Under the pieces are notes generated by a model. It did not search any database. It saw only the letters and a program-made list of their open reading frames with translations, and was not told where the DNA came from. From NCBI RefSeq assembly GCF_052425735.1, contig NC_135770.1:5704001-5768000 (forward strand): a stretch of DNA of 64,000 bases. The letters are read 5' to 3'. This document shows, piece after piece, positions 60,450-64,000 of the stretch; positions within the stretch are counted from its first letter, which is position 1, and the number at the start of each line of letters is the position of its first letter. The position numbers were made by a program, and so were the translations under genes. This DNA is from Oculina patagonica (lineage: Eukaryota).

Positions 60450-63400
60450 GATGAAATGTATACTCCTGGCAGAATGGATTTAGTAGGAATATGTTGATCT
60501 GGTTGAAACGTAGAGTGCTCACTTTCAACGACCGTCGTTAGAAGTGAACTAAAAAAGCTGAAACAGGAAAACTGCATACCTAATCAGGGGCTACATGTAA
60601 ATAGACGTGCGAAGAACCAATCGCGAATGAGATTAAAGAAAAAGGGGTTTCCCCTTCACCGTCGCCAGCCGCCGGGGTTCCATGCTTGGAAAAACTCGGA
60701 CTGGCGGTTTTGTAATCTTTGTTTCCTAGCTTAAATACATCTGCTCCAAAACTCAGCACAGTCAACTGACTACTGAAAACAAGACAAAAATGGAGTTAAA
60801 ACGATCCTGTTTGAAAACTCACAATAATTATAAACGCGCATCCAAATTAAAAACCATGCCGTTTCCTCTCTGAGCTAGCCAATGTGGTTTAAACAAAACA
60901 AAGATACAAAATCAAGTGTCGATCATCATTTTTCGAACCTACCAGGCTGACAGGTTCCATAACTATGTATAAAATGCCAGAAAATATGTAAAAAGAAGCC
61001 AAATTCAAACAAAAGGCTGGCACGCATTCTGACTTTAGTTATTTTAACCCCGTAACCCCTGCTATTATCTCCGTTTATTTACCTTAGGCCAGGTGCTCAA
61101 TATTATGTACAATGATGGAATACACTGATTCAGCCGGAAGTTGAGCTAAGTTGCATGGAAGCACGAAAACTAAAAATTAATCATTAAGCGATCAAATGCC
61201 ATGCAATCACCGGGTGCAATCAAATTACAATAAAAACCAACCTTGATCTAGCTAGATATGTGCATACTGTTTTCATGACGGCACAATATGAAGCGAGAAT
61301 TACTCTAGAATATTGTGCCTGAGCAAGAGAGTTGGCCTAAGGGCAATTCTTTGTATTCTATACTACGTAATAAAAAATATAATGCTTAAACAAAATATAC
61401 TTTGTGGTGACTTTTCTCGGATAATGTAATAACGAGTTGTTTTTATATGTAACGACTTTCTAAAGCCATGTCTAAAAACGGGTGTATATTTTCAAGGTCA
61501 GGTCTGAAAACGGGTATGGATTTTTGAGGCCAGGTCTGAAAACGTGTGTGGGAAATGGCATATTTTGGTCTGAAATTGGGTCTGGATTTGGAGATGCGGG
61601 CGGCACACCCCCACCAAAAATTCCAAGGAGTAACCCCCCCCCCCCCTCCGGGAAGCCGCCACTGCAAAACGCCCTTGATCGAACTGGGATCAAGTTCAGT
61701 TTTTGCCACTGACTAACTAAGAATATATTAAATATTTAGCTACATGTTTTGAAGATTCTTTGAAAACATTTCCATTTGAATTACTGTGACTGGTGATGGC
61801 TTTGTCATGGAACAATAGAGGACAATAAATTATTCAAGTACCCCTTAGGCCATGTTATAGAAGTTTTATTCCCTTGTCGAAACGGCGAAAGTTCGAATTC
61901 AAAACAAATACATTGACCAACAATTAAGAAGACGAAAGCCATTTTTCAATTTTACAGATTTATTTAGACACCGACAGCTTTTACTGAACTACACACACTT
62001 CATATGAGTTGAGATTCTAGGTATTTCTTTTTAAGATTAGTAACATACTGCTCCCACGCGCCGACCCAGAAATCCGTGATTCACTGAGACATTACGACTG
62101 AACGAGCTCCTCAGTGTAAAATCTCCTAAGTAACAAGCGCGAAGGTTACTTAGATGTATCGGGCAAAATAATCGGTTGGAAGGTGTATCGGTATGTAACC
62201 TATATTAACAGCATTTATTAAAAAGCTAAGAATCAAGCTATTGAATTTTCCTTCAGCAGAAAACGATTCCGACTGAAATTATTAAATGATCACGAAATAT
62301 TTCTGTGCCATTTGTGTGGACAGAGAAATACCCTGAAAGCGCTTTGATGACGTGGCGTGTTTAAGTGCATGGCGAAAGTCGAGATCTGAATAAGTTGCAT
62401 GTGACAACCATTTTTAAACTTTCGTTAGCTTTTAGTGTTCGTGTGTCGCCAGAAATCACATTTGAAAAATCTGTTATTACCAAGCCTGATAGCAAATAAT
62501 GTTTTTAAACTGTGGCCCTCGAAGCTACGACACACATGCAGACACTGAAAAATCAACCTAGAAGAATAGTCACGCAGTGGTGCGGAAATGTTTATATTTA
62601 ATCAATGGCAGTTTTGTTAGTTGTGTTATATAGGCGTTTTTATTTACAGAAACATGGTCGACTATAAAAACTGTTAAAAGCAAATTAATGGCATCATGTG
62701 AGGTATACTTCATAATTTACTTGAAAAATGTCTGCTTTTTGTCGTTCAATTGAGCTCCCTCCACGAGCTCGTCTAGCTAACAATCATCGAGGCAGGCAAA
62801 TCGCTGTGGTTCTTCTTTCTTTTCCCTTTTTTCTCGGGTTCATATGGGAAGGGAAAGCCGGAGCACATATCAGAATTTGGTATTGTTTTCCATTTCTTTA
62901 ATATTTGTACTTGAAATTACTTTACAAGTCTTTTTGACAGTTATAATATTTTGAAACTGTGCTGGGAAACACAGAAAGCGTGACGTCACAACCGTGTTTA
63001 CATGCTCTCATCTAAACTCACCTATCGACCAATGAGAGCGTGCGTACTACCTTAATTATTTTATAAAGCCTAATATTGCACAAATTATGATATTGATATT
63101 ATTAACATCTATTTATATCGTCTGCTGGATCGGTGCTAAACTCCCGCAATATCCAGTAAAACCGCCAGAATACAATGCTCTCTCCTCTCGTCTCAGAACT
63201 GATAAACTAAGCTTCCATGAGCCGTAGAACACCTTTTCCCACGTCCTGCACGGGAAATATAATAGAAAAAGTCTCAGAATCTGGCTGCTGTTAAAAAAAG
63301 AACAACAATTATAGAAAATGTTTGACATGTTTGATGTTTGGTACTGTGAGATTCTGGAGGCCTGCGTAAGAAGAAAACCGGATAAAACAAAAGAAACTCT

Positions 63401-63464
63401 AAGTTTTATAATGTGCACTATGAACTTGCATAATAATAGAAAAGTAAAAGTTATACCCACTTGT

Positions 63465-63824
63465 TCAACCTTGTCGTTCGTCGTGTTCCGTTGGATCGCG
63501 GTTGTGATTGTGCGGGTTTCTCAAGTTTCTGATTCTCCTCCGGTTGTTTCGCCTCCTGCCTTCTACACAATGTTGTTTTTCCACTCTTGGCTCCCAGTTT
63601 ATTACCGCTCTGTACATTTTGATCACGTAACACAGGATCACAAACAGGATAACAACAAGTATAACACACGCCAAATCTTGAATGGGAAGCTCCAGTGTTG
63701 GAATGCATACTCCTTGCACAACGAATTCAGTGGGAATATAATGATCTGGTTGAAACGTAGAGTGCTCACTTTCAACGACCGTCGTTAGAAATAAACTTAA
63801 AAAGCTGAAACAGGAAAACTGCAT
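63465..63824 (-). CDS. Small single-pass membrane protein, copy 8 (MELPIQ subtype); family start codon is CTG at 63695, upstream in-frame ATG at 63824
   Basis: Close paralog of copy 7; putative 3'UTR intron 63460->63362 (GTGGGT ... ttcttcttacgcAG). Confidence 0.55.
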   Translation of the reverse strand: MQFSCFSFLSLFLTTVVESEHSTFQPDHYIPTEFVVQGVCIPTLELPIQDLACVILVVILFVILCYVIKMYRAVINWEPRVEKQHCVEGRRRNNRRRIRNLRNPHNHNRDPTEHDERQG

Positions 63825-64000
63825 ATGTTATCAGGGGCACATGTAAATAGACGTGCAAAGAACCAATCGCGAATGAGATTTAAGTAAAAGGGGTTTCCCC
63901 GACACGGCCGGGTCAAACAAAGGTCGCTTTGCTTTTGTCCCTTTGGTGCAAGACTGAAACGCTTGGATAAACTTGGACTGCTTTGAAATCTTTGTTTCCT

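Overview
AT-rich eukaryotic (metazoan) genomic DNA with spliceosomal introns and many transposons. The repeat families suggest a cnidarian such as a stony coral (inference only). Main contents: (1) a complete 5-exon WDR25 gene (minus, 55808->46476, 491 aa by my exon assembly), plus the first 75 codons of a second, diverged WDR25 paralog running off the left edge, so the window spans a ~55.6-kb tandem segmental duplication. (2) A tandem family of eight minus-strand genes for ~77-82 aa single-pass membrane micro-proteins that I do not recognise. Each has an N-terminal Cys-flanked hydrophobic helix, a variable Arg-rich tail and a near-invariant E[HP]DER[QS]G(Y) C-terminus. They fall into three subtypes, all have a splice donor just after the stop codon, and there is a scar where a ninth copy was deleted. 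This family is the best candidate for an undescribed system. (3) Nested mobile elements: a Gypsy LTR retrotransposon (tRNA-Leu PBS, -1 frameshift signal) interrupted by a Merlin/IS1595-type element; an apparently intact two-gene Harbinger inside a long foldback element; a deleted Academ-like element inside a MITE; many MITEs, SINE/LINE fragments and Penelope-type hammerhead-like motifs. (4) An orphan flavin amine-oxidase C-terminal fragment ending in a PTS1-like AKL. All alignments were done by eye and no database search was run.
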